The notes: a model not told the origin generated them from the sequence alone. Positions 10,175-22,224 are shown, numbered from the stretch's first letter. The stretch is 64,000 nucleotides of DNA from Helicobacter sp. (GCF_029067145.1 NZ_JAIEFA010000031.1:5613-69612), one strand, 5' to 3'. Numbers and translations are program-made.

Positions 10175-11632
10175 ATGGAAATGCAATTACAAATTGAACG
10201 CGCTGTTTTAAGCTCTATTTTGTTTGACCCAGAGCAGTTGGATTTTATCGCGGAATCACTTGTGGCAGAAGATTTTTCTTATCCTCCACACCAAAATATT
10301 TTTTCTGCAATGTTAGAACTTCGCCACACAGAACGCCCTATTGATGAGGAAATTATTCTTGGACTCTCTACCAAAGCGCGTCCGATTGCGCAAGAAGAAA
10401 TGTTAAATATTCTCTCCACAAGCCCTATTAGCGATTTAAAATCTTATGTTCAAGAAATTTTAGAATCCTCTATCAAGCGCAAACTCCATTCCTTTGCTAT
10501 GAAAATTGCTCAAAGCACGGCGGAGAACGAAACAAGCTCTAAAGAAATTATGGATTATCTCCAAAGCGAGCTTTATAAGATTGGCAATGTGCAGCAAATG
10601 CGAGAATTTAGGGATTCCAAAGCAATTATTAAAACAACTTTAGAATATGTTACAGAAATGAAAAAGCGCGGAAATAACCTCCTCATTGGCATAGATACAG
10701 GCTTTGCGGGTTTAAACAAGATGACAACAGGATTCAACAAAGGGGACTTGGTCATCGTTGCTGCGCGTCCTGCAATGGGAAAAACAACTCTTGTATTAAA
10801 TATGGCACAAAGAGCCTTAGATACAGGGAAAGGAGTAGCGTTTTTTAGTCTTGAAATGCCTGCGGAACAATTAATGCTAAGAATGCTAGCTGCTAAAACT
10901 TCTATCTCCTTGCAAAACTTGCGTGTTGGAAACTTACAAGAGGAGGAATGGGGAAATCTCACCTATGCGGCAGATATTATGGGCAAATCTCCTTTGTTTA
11001 TTGACGACAATAGCTTGCTTACGATTCATCAACTTAGAACTAAACTAAGAAAAATCAAAACCAAACACCCAGAAATCGGACTTGCCGTCATTGATTATTT
11101 GCAATTAATGAGCAGTGCTAACAATAAAGACAGACACCAAGAAGTTAGCGAAATTAGTCGCGGACTCAAAATGATTGCACGCGAATTAGAGATTCCAATC
11201 ATTGCGCTTTCACAACTCAATCGTAGCCTAGAGAGCAGAAGCGACCGCCGCCCAATGCTTTCAGACTTGCGCGAATCTGGCTCTATTGAGCAAGACGCAG
11301 ATATTATTTTGTTTGTGTATCGTGATGCAGTTTATAAACAAAAAGACGAAAAAGAAAAAGAAGAAGCCGCCAAAAAGGAAAATAAAGACTACAAAAGCAC
11401 TTATGTCCCACGTAATGAGGAGGAGGCAGAAATTATTATTGGCAAGCAACGCAATGGACCAACCGGCACCGTAAAACTGATGTTCCATAAGCATTGCACG
11501 CGTTTTGTGGATTTGAACAACTCTAATCCAACGCTTGAAATTGTCTATGAGCAAACCTCACAAAACACACAAACGCAATTTATACCACCGCAAAACGACG
11601 AAAAAAAACCTATTGATATGCCACAAATTTAA
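10175..11632 (+). CDS. dnaB: Replicative DNA helicase
   Basis: AARPAMGKT, FSLEM, IDYLQLM, LSQLNR, SDLRESGSIEQDAD, KQRNGPTG. Confidence 0.98.
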   Translation: MEMQLQIERAVLSSILFDPEQLDFIAESLVAEDFSYPPHQNIFSAMLELRHTERPIDEEIILGLSTKARPIAQEEMLNILSTSPISDLKSYVQEILESSIKRKLHSFAMKIAQSTAENETSSKEIMDYLQSELYKIGNVQQMREFRDSKAIIKTTLEYVTEMKKRGNNLLIGIDTGFAGLNKMTTGFNKGDLVIVAARPAMGKTTLVLNMAQRALDTGKGVAFFSLEMPAEQLMLRMLAAKTSISLQNLRVGNLQEEEWGNLTYAADIMGKSPLFIDDNSLLTIHQLRTKLRKIKTKHPEIGLAVIDYLQLMSSANNKDRHQEVSEISRGLKMIARELEIPIIALSQLNRSLESRSDRRPMLSDLRESGSIEQDADIILFVYRDAVYKQKDEKEKEEAAKKENKDYKSTYVPRNEEEAEIIIGKQRNGPTGTVKLMFHKHCTRFVDLNNSNPTLEIVYEQTSQNTQTQFIPPQNDEKKPIDMPQI

Positions 11633-11640
11633 CACCAAAA

Positions 11641-11729
11641 TGCAAGGACGCCTTGCCTCTCTGTCCTTGCGAGCGAAGCGAAGCAATCCATAATCACACA
11701 CACTAACCTTTACAATGGAATCTTAAATC
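11641..11729. repeat. Palindromic intergenic element, copy B
   Basis: TGCAAGGAC...GTCCTTGCGAGCGAAGCGAAGCAATCCATAAT...ACAATGGAATCTTAAAT, between convergent dnaB and pdxJ. Confidence 0.8.
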
Positions 11730-12511
11730 TAACCCTTTACCAACTCCACCATTTCTTTAATGGCATTTTCAAGTCCGCTAAAAATAGCGCGCGCAATAAT
11801 GCTCTGCCCGATATTGAGTTCTCCAATCTCCACAATAGATAAAACAGGAGCAAGATTAACATAGTTTAATCCGTGTCCCGCGGCAACCTCTAGTCCTAAC
11901 CATTTTGCCTCTTTTGCAGCATTTTGTAAGCTTTCTATGGAATCTCTCAAAGCAGCTTTTAACTCCCCTTTGGGTAGGTTTAGGGATTCTATGCTATGTT
12001 GCGTGCGGGGTAAATTAGAATTTAACATCAAATGCAAATTCGCATAAGCACCCGTATGAATCTCTATCATTTGCGCACCAACTTCTTTAGAGGCACAAAT
12101 TTGGTCTAGTTGCGTATCAATAAAAAGTGAAACTTCTATGCCCTTTTCCCTAAAAGATTGTGCAATTTCTGCGATTCTATCAAAATTTCCTATGACATCT
12201 AATCCGCCCTCTGTTGTTACTTCTGCTCGGTTTTCAGGCACTAAAGTAATGCGATGGGGCTGAAGTTCTAATAAATAATCAATGATTTGCGGATTGATAG
12301 AACATTCTACATTCACAGGCAAAAAGGAGCTTTCACACACACGTTTTACATCTAAATCGTGCATATGCCTGCGGTCTTCGCGCAAATGCAAAGTAATCTG
12401 GTCTGCTCCTGCGCGTTTAGCAATAAACACTGCTTCTAATGGGTCAGGGTCATTGATTTTGCGCGCCTCTCTTAAGGTTGCAATATGGTCAATATTTACT
12501 CCAAGCAACAT
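11729..12511 (-). CDS. pdxJ: Pyridoxine 5'-phosphate synthase
   Basis: LGVNIDHIATLREAR, ITLHLREDRRH, TTEGGLD, AGHGL; start at ATG 12511. Confidence 0.96.
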   Translation of the reverse strand: MLLGVNIDHIATLREARKINDPDPLEAVFIAKRAGADQITLHLREDRRHMHDLDVKRVCESSFLPVNVECSINPQIIDYLLELQPHRITLVPENRAEVTTEGGLDVIGNFDRIAEIAQSFREKGIEVSLFIDTQLDQICASKEVGAQMIEIHTGAYANLHLMLNSNLPRTQHSIESLNLPKGELKAALRDSIESLQNAAKEAKWLGLEVAAGHGLNYVNLAPVLSIVEIGELNIGQSIIARAIFSGLENAIKEMVELVKG

Positions 12512-12593
12512 AATTACCCCTTTATTTGACATATCAATTTGGATTCTAACTAAAATTACTTTAAAATACGCAGTTAAAAACAAAGGAGCGCAA

Positions 12594-13421
12594 ATGATTA
12601 TTGTATTTGATTGCGAAACAATTTTAGATGTGGATTTAATCCAAAAAGGCTTTAAGGCAGAATTTGAAAAACGAAATATCCAAGTAGAATCCCAAAATGA
12701 TTTAGAAATAAGCAAAGCCGCAATGGAGATTCAAAAAGAACTAAGCGGCACAGAATTTTTGCCACTTTGTTATCATCAAGTCATCAGCATTGCCGCTGTG
12801 TCTTGCGATGAATATGGACGCTTTATCAAGGTGGGCAATTTCAAAAGCAGTGGAGATTCCAAAGAGGAAAAAGAAAAATCATTGATTGCGGCATTTTTAA
12901 ACTATCTTAACAAACATCAACCAAAACTCGTAAGCTTCAATGGGAGAGGATTTGATATGCCAATGTTGCTTTTGCGCGCAATGAAATACAAGCTCCAAGC
13001 CAATGCGTATTTTGAGGAAAATAACGCGCAATACAATAAAAGCAAATGGGAAAATTATCGCCAAAGATATAGTGAAAGATTCCATACGGATTTATATGAT
13101 AGCTTAGGAAACTACGGCAGCGCGCGGAATCTCAAACTAGATGCCCTCGCAAACTTAGTTGGCTTTCCGGGCAAATACGACACGAGCGGAGAGCAAGTGT
13201 TACAATTATATTATGAGGGCAAACAAGACAAGATTGATGAATATTGTCAAAGTGATGTTCTAAACACTTATGGACTTTATCTTAATTATGAATTGTTAAA
13301 AGGAAATTTAACCTTAGAGGATTATCAAAGCATTTTGGAATCTTGGCGGGCAAAATTGCCAAAAGATATGGGTTATTATTCTGTATTTTTTGATACAATT
13401 TCTACCCAAATTCAATCTTAG
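12594..13421 (+). CDS. PolB-type 3'-5' exonuclease domain protein (WlaX-like)
   Basis: VFDCET, LVSFNGRGFDMP, HTDL, YCQSDVLNT (DEDDy motifs). Confidence 0.85.
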   Translation: MIIVFDCETILDVDLIQKGFKAEFEKRNIQVESQNDLEISKAAMEIQKELSGTEFLPLCYHQVISIAAVSCDEYGRFIKVGNFKSSGDSKEEKEKSLIAAFLNYLNKHQPKLVSFNGRGFDMPMLLLRAMKYKLQANAYFEENNAQYNKSKWENYRQRYSERFHTDLYDSLGNYGSARNLKLDALANLVGFPGKYDTSGEQVLQLYYEGKQDKIDEYCQSDVLNTYGLYLNYELLKGNLTLEDYQSILESWRAKLPKDMGYYSVFFDTISTQIQS

Positions 13422-13436
13422 ATTTAAGGAATTTTT

Positions 13437-14351
13437 ATGTTATCAAAAGACATTGCACATTTTAGTGAAATGCGCTATGAGATTCGTGCGTATTTATGTT
13501 TCTTAATGCAACGCAATATCAAAAATCACTTGCCACATATTGAATTAAATAAAATTGTTGATGGAATCAAAAAAATAGAAAAAGAAGTGGGAATCTTTGA
13601 ACTCATTTATGTATTAGATTCTAGCGGGACTTTAGTCATAGACGGAATCTCTAGAGATTCTAACATAGAGTGCAAAAAGGGCGAAAACCATAATGAACGT
13701 GCCTATTTTTATCGCGCAGTGAAAGAAAAAAAATGTATCCTAACAGACCCTTATCCCTCTTTAGCAAGCGGCAATCTTGTCATCACGGTTTCTTATCCTA
13801 TCTATAATGATAAGGGAGACCTTGCCTACATCGTCTGTATGGACGTGCGTTTGGAAAGAAGTTTGGAGCTTGTGCGCACCACACCTTTGTTTGGATTTTC
13901 TTTTGGAGTTGGCAAATGCGTTTATTTTCTAATGGCTTTGTCTCTCTTTCTTGTTTGTTCTTTGTTGCTCGTAAAGGGCAGCGTTAGTTTATGGGACGCC
14001 TTATATCGCTTTGGAAGTTTGGAGATTTTAGATATTAAAGATGTTTTTGAAGCAACGATTCTCATTACTTTAAGTTTGGCTATTTTTGACCTTGTGCGCG
14101 CAATCTTTGAAGAGGAAGTTTTGGGGCGTCAGAAGTCGCAAGATTCTAAAGTCGTGCATAAAACAATGACACGATTCTTGGGTTCTATCGTGATTGCTTT
14201 AGCCATTGAATCCTTAATGCTTGTCTTTAAGTTTGCAATCACTGCGCCAGAAAAACTGCTATATGCCGTCTATCTCATTGGTGCAGTTACTTGTTTGCTT
14301 GTTGGCTTAGCATTGTATGTTAAACTCACTGCAAATCTTAAACGAGATTAA
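13437..14351 (+). CDS. pglG: Cache/PDC-domain membrane protein, PglG-like
   Basis: RAYFYRAVK..CILTDPYPS...VSYPIY plus 4 C-terminal TM helices; resembles Campylobacter PglG, which also lies upstream of cheY. Confidence 0.75.
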   Translation: MLSKDIAHFSEMRYEIRAYLCFLMQRNIKNHLPHIELNKIVDGIKKIEKEVGIFELIYVLDSSGTLVIDGISRDSNIECKKGENHNERAYFYRAVKEKKCILTDPYPSLASGNLVITVSYPIYNDKGDLAYIVCMDVRLERSLELVRTTPLFGFSFGVGKCVYFLMALSLFLVCSLLLVKGSVSLWDALYRFGSLEILDIKDVFEATILITLSLAIFDLVRAIFEEEVLGRQKSQDSKVVHKTMTRFLGSIVIALAIESLMLVFKFAITAPEKLLYAVYLIGAVTCLLVGLALYVKLTANLKRD

Positions 14352-14352
14352 T

Positions 14353-14961
14353 ATGCTTGGAATTGTAAATTATGGAATCGGAAATCTTGCAAGCGTTCAA
14401 AACGCAATTCAAAAACTTGGCAAAAAAGCCCATATCACGCAAGATGCACAGAATCTTAAAAACTACGATTCTCTTATTTTGCCCGGTGTTGGAGCATTTG
14501 GCGACGCAATGCAACACCTAGCACACAATGGAATGCAAGAAGCAGTGCTAGAGTTTGCCAAAAGCGGCAAGCCACTGCTTGGAATCTGTTTGGGAATGCA
14601 ATTGTTATTTCAAAAAAGTTACGAATTTGGCGAGCATTTAGGTTTGGGCTTGATAGAGGGCGAAGTAGTGAAATTTGAAAAAAGCTCCTTAACTCCAACG
14701 CAAAAGATTCCACATATGGGTTGGAATTGTGTGCAAAAAATCAAAGAATCTCCGCTTTTAAGTGGATTAGAATCGCCTTTTTATCTCTACTTTGTGCATA
14801 GTTATTATGTGAAAAATTTGCAAAATGCCATTGGAGTAAGTCAATATGGAACGGAATTTGCCTCTATTGTGCAAAAGGATAATATTTTTGGAATCCAACC
14901 ACACCCCGAAAAATCGCATAATGTGGGACTTAGGATTCTACAAAATTTTGTCCATTTATAA
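14353..14961 (+). CDS. hisH: Imidazole glycerol phosphate synthase subunit HisH
   Basis: [33 protein letters not shown]. Confidence 0.95.
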   Translation: MLGIVNYGIGNLASVQNAIQKLGKKAHITQDAQNLKNYDSLILPGVGAFGDAMQHLAHNGMQEAVLEFAKSGKPLLGICLGMQLLFQKSYEFGEHLGLGLIEGEVVKFEKSSLTPTQKIPHMGWNCVQKIKESPLLSGLESPFYLYFVHSYYVKNLQNAIGVSQYGTEFASIVQKDNIFGIQPHPEKSHNVGLRILQNFVHL

Positions 14962-14969
14962 GGAGTTGT

Positions 14970-15677
14970 ATGCAAATTATTCCCGCAATTGATTTAAAAG
15001 AAGGCTGTGCCGTGCGTTTAAAGCAAGGTTTAATGGAAAGTGCAAAAATCTATGCAAAAGAGCCCACCGAGCTTGCAAAACATTTTGAAACTTTAGGAGC
15101 AGAATATTTGCATATTGTAGATTTAGATGGCGCATTCGCTGGCACTCCAAAGAATCGTGCCGTGATTGAAAAAATCTGCAAAAATTCTAAGCTTAAAATT
15201 GAAGTAGGTGGCGGAATCCGCGAGGAAGAGACGATTAAAGCTTACTTAGATTTAGGAATCTCACGCGTCATTTTGGGTTCTATTGCGCTAAAAAATCCAA
15301 ACTTTGCATTGGAAATGGCAGAAAAATACCCCATTGTCATTGGGATTGACGCAAAAGACAACAAAATCGCCACAGAGGGCTGGGCTAAGGGCGGGGACAC
15401 GCTTGCGTGGGAATTTGCAGAGCTTTTTAAAGGAAGTAAGATTCAGGCAATCATTTGCACAGATATTGCACACGATGGAATGCTAGATGGAATCAACTTG
15501 GAATTTACAAAAAAAATTCAAGACAAAAGCCAAATTTTCACTATTGCAAGTGGCGGGCTATCTTGTCAAGAAGATTTTGAGGCACTAAGAGAGGCGGAGA
15601 TTGATGGCGTAATTGTGGGTAAAGCATTTTACGAGGGCAAAATTGATTTACAAAAAGCCTTTAAAAATTTTCAATAA
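14970..15677 (+). CDS. hisA: ProFAR isomerase HisA
   Basis: [32 protein letters not shown]. Confidence 0.96.
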   Translation: MQIIPAIDLKEGCAVRLKQGLMESAKIYAKEPTELAKHFETLGAEYLHIVDLDGAFAGTPKNRAVIEKICKNSKLKIEVGGGIREEETIKAYLDLGISRVILGSIALKNPNFALEMAEKYPIVIGIDAKDNKIATEGWAKGGDTLAWEFAELFKGSKIQAIICTDIAHDGMLDGINLEFTKKIQDKSQIFTIASGGLSCQEDFEALREAEIDGVIVGKAFYEGKIDLQKAFKNFQ

Positions 15678-15812
15678 ATATTAAGTTTGTCGTTTAGATT
15701 CTTGATTTATTTAAAATTTTATGTTCGCTTTATGCGAAATTATGCTATTATATCAAGTTATTGTTATTTTTCAATTTTTTTAAAAAGAAGTTTTATTTTA
15801 TAAGGAGTTAGC

Positions 15813-16187
15813 ATGAAAATGGTTGTTGTAGATGATAGTTCAACTATGCGAAGAATTATCAAGAATACCTTAGCAAGACTTGGCTATGAAGACATTTTAG
15901 AGGGCGAAAATGGCGTAGAGGGCTGGGATAAAATGAATGCCAATCCCGATACCAAAGTGCTTATTACCGATTGGAATATGCCCGAAATGAATGGATTAGA
16001 TTTGGTGAAAAAAGTGCGTGCAGATGAACGTTTCAAAGATATTCCAATCATTATGGTTACTACTGAAGGTGGTAAAGCAGAGGTTATCACTGCACTAAAA
16101 GCAGGAGTAAATAACTATATTGTTAAACCCTTCACTCCACAAGTCTTAAAAGAAAAATTAGAAGTTGTTTTAGGCGTAAATGATTAA
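15813..16187 (+). CDS. cheY: Chemotaxis response regulator CheY
   Basis: VVDDSSTMRRII, TDWNMPEMNG, YIVKPF. Confidence 0.96.
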   Translation: MKMVVVDDSSTMRRIIKNTLARLGYEDILEGENGVEGWDKMNANPDTKVLITDWNMPEMNGLDLVKKVRADERFKDIPIIMVTTEGGKAEVITALKAGVNNYIVKPFTPQVLKEKLEVVLGVND

Positions 16188-16189
16188 TT

Positions 16190-17089
16190 ATGGAATCCTA
16201 CTACAATTGTCTAAGCGTCAAAGCGGATAATTTTTTATGGTTATTGCAAGACAAAGCACTAGAAATAACAGGTGAGGCAATTGAAGAGACTGAACAAGGA
16301 TTCATTGTCCGCACAGAGGCTGACATCAAGCCGATAAAATCACAATTAATTGCGTATGCTAAAGAATTAGAAACGATAATGTCGGATTCTATCCATTTAG
16401 AATTTTCCGAAGAAACTTTGAAAAATCAAGATTGGATTGCCTCTTATCGTAAATCCATTACACCCATAGAATGCGGCAAGTATTATATTCACCCTTCGTG
16501 GTTTGAGGGAAAAAAGAATAAAATCAATGTCATTATTGACCCTGCACTTGCTTTTGGAAGCGGGCATCACGAAAGTACTTTTGGTTGTTTGGAAGCATTA
16601 GAACTCCTAGAGCACACATTCCAAGAAATAGAACTTCAAAATAAAGAGAAAGGAAATAGCGGGAATTATTCAAGCGCACTTACAGACAAGCTTATCTTAG
16701 ATGTTGGGTGCGGAAGTGGAATCCTAAGCATTTGCGCTAAAAAAAGTGGCGCAAAAGTGTGGGCATGCGACACAGATGAGCTTGCGATTGAGGCAACAAA
16801 AGATAATATGGCAAAAAATGATGTCCTCTTAAATGAAGTCTTTTTGGGTTCGCTTCACACGATTCCAACCCAAAAAGGAAAATTTGACATTATTCTTGCA
16901 AATATTCTCGCAGATGTCATTGTTGCATTGCCCTTAGAATCTTATGTGAAGCAAGAGGGATATTTGATTTTATCTGGCATTTTAGAACAATATATACCAA
17001 AGGTTCTTAATAAATTCAAAAATTTTAAAATAGTTTCCCAAAAAATTAACAACGAATGGGCAACTCTAGTTTTACAAAACAAAGGATAA
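16190..17089 (+). CDS. prmA: Ribosomal protein L11 methyltransferase
   Basis: IDPALAFGSGHHEST, LDVGCGSGILS, ANILAD. Confidence 0.95.
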   Translation: MESYYNCLSVKADNFLWLLQDKALEITGEAIEETEQGFIVRTEADIKPIKSQLIAYAKELETIMSDSIHLEFSEETLKNQDWIASYRKSITPIECGKYYIHPSWFEGKKNKINVIIDPALAFGSGHHESTFGCLEALELLEHTFQEIELQNKEKGNSGNYSSALTDKLILDVGCGSGILSICAKKSGAKVWACDTDELAIEATKDNMAKNDVLLNEVFLGSLHTIPTQKGKFDIILANILADVIVALPLESYVKQEGYLILSGILEQYIPKVLNKFKNFKIVSQKINNEWATLVLQNKG

Positions 17090-17091
17090 AT

Positions 17092-19023
17092 ATGCAAAAA
17101 CCTAATAATAATCCAAATCCACAGGACAAAAAGCCAAATAATTTTTTTAATCAAAATCCGCTTTTAATGTTTGTCCTCTTTGCAATCATTGCCATTGTTG
17201 TTTTTCGTATGCTCTCACCAGCAAGTGGAGAGATTAGCAAATTAAGCGGAGCAACTACAACAAAAACGATTAATTATTATGAACTCAAAAAATTAATTGA
17301 AAACAAAGAAGTAGATTTTGTCGCGATTGGACAAACCAACATCAAAGCAACGGCAGAAAATGGGGGAAACAAAATCGCTTACAATGCCCAAAGAGTGAAT
17401 CCCGATAGCACCTTGATTCCCTTGCTAGATGAAAAAGGCGTAGAATACACCGGCTACAATGAAAACAATTGGCTAAGCGATATGCTTTTTGGCTGGGTTT
17501 TGCCTGTCTTTATTTTCTTTGCAATTTGGATGTTTTTGGCAAGCAGAATGCAAAAAAATATGGGAAATGGAATCTTGGGCATTGGGAGCTCCAAAAAACT
17601 TGTCAATGCGGAAAAGCCAAATGTCAAGTTTGAAGATATGGCAGGCAACGCAGAAGCAAAAGACGAAGTAGTTGAAATCGTAGATTTTCTAAAGAATCCC
17701 GAGCGTTACGCGGCATTGGGAGCTAAGATTCCTAAAGGGGTGCTACTCGTAGGACCTCCCGGAACCGGCAAGACTTTATTAGCCAAAGCCGTAGCGGGCG
17801 AAGCAAGCGTGCCATTTTTTTCTGTCAGTGGAAGTAGCTTTATTGAAATGTTTGTAGGTGTAGGGGCAAGTCGCGTCCGAGACTTGTTTGAAAATGCCAA
17901 AAAAGAAGCACCGAGCATTATTTTTATTGATGAGATTGACGCGATTGGCAAAAGTCGTGCAGCAGGCGGTATGATAAGCGGCAATGATGAGAGAGAACAA
18001 ACCCTAAACCAGCTTTTAGCCGAAATGGACGGATTTAATTCTGACGCGTCGCCAGTTATCGTTCTAGCAGCCACCAACCGACCCGAAGTGCTAGACCCTG
18101 CGCTTCTACGCCCAGGCAGATTTGACAGACAAGTTTTAGTGGATAAACCGGACTTTGAAGGACGCGTTGAGATTCTAAAAGTGCATATTAAAAATATCAA
18201 ACTCGCAAGAAATGTGGATTTATTTGAAGTAGCAAAACTCACCGCCGGACTTGCAGGGGCAGATTTGGCAAATATCGTCAATGAAGCCGCACTGCTTGCA
18301 GGAAGAGGAAACAAAAAAGAAGTGGAACAAAGCGACTTTTTAGAAGCGGTGGAACGCGGAATTGCAGGATTAGAGAAAAAATCGCGCAGAATCTCACCCA
18401 AAGAGAAAAAAATCGTAGCCTACCACGAAAGCGGACACGCACTCATTGCAGAAATCACCAAAGGCGCAAAAAAGGTAACAAAAGTTTCTATTATTCCACG
18501 CGGACTTGCCGCATTGGGTTATACATTAAACACGCCAGAAGAGAACAAATACCTTATGCAAAAGCACGAATTATTAGCAGAAGTAGATGTGCTACTAGGA
18601 GGTAGAGCGGCGGAATCCGTATTTTTAGGCGAAATCTCAACAGGAGCAAGCAACGACTTAGAGCGCGCTACGGATATTATCAAAGCAATGGTGAGCTACT
18701 ATGGAATGACAGATGTAGCAGGGCTTATGGTGCTTGAAAAACAACGCAATGTTTTCTTAAATGGTGGTTTGGGAAGCAGCAGAGAATATAGCGAGGAAAT
18801 GGCTCAAAAAATGGACGAATATATTAAAACTCTCTTAAATGAACGTTTCAACGCGGTAAAAGAATCCCTAGAGACCTATAAAGAGGCGATTGAAAATATC
18901 GTTAAAGAGCTTTTTGAGAAAGAAAATATTGATGGACAAAAAGTGCGCGAAATCATTAGCGAATACGAAAAAGCACACAATTTAGAAAGCAGAATCGTCG
19001 CAGAAGAAAAAGAAGAAATATAA
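17092..19023 (+). CDS. ftsH: ATP-dependent zinc metalloprotease FtsH
   Basis: [33 protein letters not shown]. Confidence 0.98.
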   Translation: MQKPNNNPNPQDKKPNNFFNQNPLLMFVLFAIIAIVVFRMLSPASGEISKLSGATTTKTINYYELKKLIENKEVDFVAIGQTNIKATAENGGNKIAYNAQRVNPDSTLIPLLDEKGVEYTGYNENNWLSDMLFGWVLPVFIFFAIWMFLASRMQKNMGNGILGIGSSKKLVNAEKPNVKFEDMAGNAEAKDEVVEIVDFLKNPERYAALGAKIPKGVLLVGPPGTGKTLLAKAVAGEASVPFFSVSGSSFIEMFVGVGASRVRDLFENAKKEAPSIIFIDEIDAIGKSRAAGGMISGNDEREQTLNQLLAEMDGFNSDASPVIVLAATNRPEVLDPALLRPGRFDRQVLVDKPDFEGRVEILKVHIKNIKLARNVDLFEVAKLTAGLAGADLANIVNEAALLAGRGNKKEVEQSDFLEAVERGIAGLEKKSRRISPKEKKIVAYHESGHALIAEITKGAKKVTKVSIIPRGLAALGYTLNTPEENKYLMQKHELLAEVDVLLGGRAAESVFLGEISTGASNDLERATDIIKAMVSYYGMTDVAGLMVLEKQRNVFLNGGLGSSREYSEEMAQKMDEYIKTLLNERFNAVKESLETYKEAIENIVKELFEKENIDGQKVREIISEYEKAHNLESRIVAEEKEEI

Positions 19024-19032
19024 GGAGATTTG

Positions 19033-19725
19033 ATGAAAACAACCACAGAAATGATTGCAAAAGAAGGCTGGAAACCTATTGGTGCAGGGTTACTTTTATT
19101 ATTGTTTAGCGGGTTGTTTGGTTGGAAAATCTTTGGATTCCTTTGTTTTCTTGCAACTTTGTGTTTAATATATTTTTATAGAAACACCGAACGCATTATG
19201 GAAGACAATGCGAACGATTCTATTTTGTCTCCCCTTGACGGCGTAATTAAAAATATAGAAAACAAATCCGATGGTATTTATTTGCAAATCAGCAAGCCTA
19301 TCTGCTTCTGCGGTATGATTAGAATGCCTTTGGCAAATCTCGGTAAATGCGGTGAGGCTTTAGAGATTGAGCATATCAAGGGTTTAAAAAATGGTGATGA
19401 AATGACAGGGGAGCGCATTACTCTTGCTTTCCATCGTGAAGCTGACAAAACTCCTACTTCAACGCTTTATCTTACACTTTATCCAAAATATTTTGCGCAA
19501 ACCTCTTTATATCTTTGGGATTCCAATTTTAGACTTGGCGAACGCATCGGATTTTTCCTTAATGGGAATGCAACTCTAAAGATTCCGCTAAACTCCGAGC
19601 TTAGAGTGAATATTCACGATAAAATTTTGGGCGGCAAAACATTGCTTGGCAAAGTCCAATCAATACAAAACGAAGGAGATTCAAAGAAAACCCAAGACAC
19701 CTACGATTCTAAGGACGAGCAGTAG
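19033..19725 (+). CDS. Phosphatidylserine decarboxylase-related protein
   Basis: FYRNTER, ILSPLDG, GERIGFF; lies between ftsH and pssA; no GS cleavage motif. Confidence 0.7.
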   Translation: MKTTTEMIAKEGWKPIGAGLLLLLFSGLFGWKIFGFLCFLATLCLIYFYRNTERIMEDNANDSILSPLDGVIKNIENKSDGIYLQISKPICFCGMIRMPLANLGKCGEALEIEHIKGLKNGDEMTGERITLAFHREADKTPTSTLYLTLYPKYFAQTSLYLWDSNFRLGERIGFFLNGNATLKIPLNSELRVNIHDKILGGKTLLGKVQSIQNEGDSKKTQDTYDSKDEQ

Positions 19726-19746
19726 CAGGATTAGGAACGCCAAAAA

Positions 19747-20487
19747 ATGAAAATTGACCCATTGTATATTTTACCCAATCTTTTCACGGGTGCTAGCATT
19801 TATATTGGAATCCTAGCGGTTTCTTATGCCTTTGTTGGACGCTTTGAGCTTGCGTGCTGGCTCGTGCTTGTTAGCCTCATTTTTGATGGATTAGACGGAC
19901 GCGTCGCGCGACTTACAGGCACAACAAGCAAATTTGGTGTAGAATTTGATTCTTTGGCTGATGTAGTTGCCTTTGGCGTCGCTCCTGCAATGATTTTATT
20001 TTTCTATGGTGGCTTCCATTATGGCAAATTTGGAGTCGTTGTTGCGGGATTGTATGTCGTCTTTGGTGCGATTCGTCTAGCGCGCTTTAACGTAACAACA
20101 AACAGCAATGAACCCAATGTATTTATTGGGCTTCCGATTCCTTCAGCAGCAGTTTTTGTAGTGAGCTGGTTGCTTTTTGAAATGGAATTTCTCAAACAAT
20201 ATCCACAAGATTCCGAAAACATCTTTTTGCTTCCTTTGATGATTGCAAGCTTAATTGTAGCGTTTCTAATGGTGAGCAATGTGCGCTATCCGAGTTTCAA
20301 AAAAGTAAGTTTTGAAAAAATTAGTTTTGGTAGAGTCATTGTGCTTTTGATGATTATTTTAGCAATTTTATTTATTTATCCTATTTTTACAATCGTTATT
20401 TTAATCAGTCTTTATGTTTGCTTTGGTCCTATGCGAGCAGGTTATTATCTTTGCGTTAAGCATTTTGGCAGAGAATCAAAGGAATAA
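19747..20487 (+). CDS. pssA: CDP-diacylglycerol--serine O-phosphatidyltransferase
   Basis: LPNLFT, DGLDGRVAR, FDSLADVVAFGVAP, RLARFN. Confidence 0.96.
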   Translation: MKIDPLYILPNLFTGASIYIGILAVSYAFVGRFELACWLVLVSLIFDGLDGRVARLTGTTSKFGVEFDSLADVVAFGVAPAMILFFYGGFHYGKFGVVVAGLYVVFGAIRLARFNVTTNSNEPNVFIGLPIPSAAVFVVSWLLFEMEFLKQYPQDSENIFLLPLMIASLIVAFLMVSNVRYPSFKKVSFEKISFGRVIVLLMIILAILFIYPIFTIVILISLYVCFGPMRAGYYLCVKHFGRESKE

Positions 20488-20607
20488 AATGCGTATGCGA
20501 TTCTATACTTATTATAGCCACACTAAGAATCTTTTAACCATTTCAATGCTTGCGCCACTGGGAATATTGGTTTTTTATAAAAAGATTTCAAATAACAAAG
20601 GATAAAA

Positions 20608-22149
20608 ATGGAAAGAATTAAGATTTTTGATACAACCTTAAGAGATGGCGAGCAAAGTCCTGGCGCTTCTATGAACACAGAGGAAAAAATCAAACTTGCT
20701 TTGGCGTTGGAACGTTTAGGCGTAGATATTATTGAAGCGGGTTTTGCAGCGGCTAGTCCGGGAGATTTTGAAGCGATTAGTAGAATCTCGGAAGTAGTTT
20801 GCAATAGCACGATTTGTTCTCTTGCAAGAGCCGTACCAAAAGACATTGAAAGTGCGGCAAAAGCATTAGAAAAAGCCAAGCTTAAAAGAATCCATACTTT
20901 CATCGCGACAAGCTCAATCCATATGGAATTTAAACTCAAAATGCAGCCCAATGAAGTGATTAAACGCGCAGTAGAAGCAGTGAGTTTAGCCAAAAGTCTA
21001 TGCGAAGATGTGGAATTTAGCTGTGAAGACGCAAGCAGGAGCGATAGAGGATTCTTAAAAGAAATTGCTGCTGCAGTCATTGAAGCGGGAGCAAAAACGC
21101 TCAATTTGCCCGACACGGTGGGTTATAGATTGCCGCAAGAATTGGGAGAGATGATTCAAGAGCTTAAAGCCTTTGTCGGGGATTCCGCGATTCTCTCTGT
21201 ACATTGCCACAATGACTTAGGGCTTGCCGTAGCAAACTCCCTTGCTGGAATCCAAAACGGAGCAAGACAGCTTGAATGCACGATTAATGGGTTAGGAGAG
21301 CGCGCAGGAAATACTGCGCTAGAAGAAGTGGTTATGATTCTAAAAACGCGTCAAGATATTTTTAACGGATTGGACACACGCATTAACACCAAAGAAATCT
21401 ATGCTTGCAGCAAGCTTGTCTCTGATATTACAGGAATCCGCCCACAACCCAATAAGGCAATCGTTGGCAAAAACGCATTTGCCCACGAAAGCGGAATCCA
21501 CCAAGATGGTATGCTAAAACATCGTGAAACCTATGAAATTATGCGCTCTAGCGATATTGGAATACCAGAAAACAATGGCTTAGTTCTTGGCAAACATAGC
21601 GGGCGCGCCGCCTTCAAAGACAAGTTGGCGAGTATGGGATTTGGGGAGATTTCACAAGACGATTTGGATAAAGCCTTTGAAAGATTCAAAGTCCTATGCG
21701 ATAGAAAAAAAGAAGTCTATGATGAGGATATTCGTTCCATTATGACAGAGGAAACAACAAAGATTCCTCAAGTTTTTGAGCTTTTGGGCTTGCAGATTAG
21801 CAGCTGCTCTAGTGGCGTGCCTCACGCAGCAATTTCTATCCAAAAAGACGGGGAAACAAAAATAGATGCAGCTATTGGCAATGGAAGTGTTGATGCGATT
21901 CTAAAAACGATTGATAGAATCAGCGGATACAAAGGTGTCTTAAAAGACTACAAAGTAGAAGCAGTAAGCGAGGGAAAGGACGCTTTAGCCAAAGTTGTTG
22001 TGAAAGTAGAATTTGACCCTACAAAACCTGCTGTAATTGGACACGGATTGCATTTAGATACAATGCAGGCAACAGCGAGAGCTTATCTTGGTGCGCTCAA
22101 TAATTATTTGTCTATGCGTGAGTTGATTACAAACAAAACGATTTGCTAA
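20608..22149 (+). CDS. leuA: 2-isopropylmalate synthase
   Basis: [36 protein letters not shown]. Confidence 0.97.
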   Translation: MERIKIFDTTLRDGEQSPGASMNTEEKIKLALALERLGVDIIEAGFAAASPGDFEAISRISEVVCNSTICSLARAVPKDIESAAKALEKAKLKRIHTFIATSSIHMEFKLKMQPNEVIKRAVEAVSLAKSLCEDVEFSCEDASRSDRGFLKEIAAAVIEAGAKTLNLPDTVGYRLPQELGEMIQELKAFVGDSAILSVHCHNDLGLAVANSLAGIQNGARQLECTINGLGERAGNTALEEVVMILKTRQDIFNGLDTRINTKEIYACSKLVSDITGIRPQPNKAIVGKNAFAHESGIHQDGMLKHRETYEIMRSSDIGIPENNGLVLGKHSGRAAFKDKLASMGFGEISQDDLDKAFERFKVLCDRKKEVYDEDIRSIMTEETTKIPQVFELLGLQISSCSSGVPHAAISIQKDGETKIDAAIGNGSVDAILKTIDRISGYKGVLKDYKVEAVSEGKDALAKVVVKVEFDPTKPAVIGHGLHLDTMQATARAYLGALNNYLSMRELITNKTIC

Positions 22150-22224
22150 CTTTAGCCAGCTATTAGATAAAGTGCGTTAAAATGCGTAGAGTTTTTTGAG
22201 ATTAAATAGAATATAAGGAAAACT

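Noticed and set aside
11729..13421. Apparent 430-bp overlap of pdxJ and the exonuclease gene
   Set aside because: The likely starts are 12511 and 12594, so the genes are divergent and do not overlap
17706..18401. Long antisense ORFs (also 20523-21116, 40610-41167, 53078-53479)
   Set aside because: Shadow frames of conserved genes with no independent motifs
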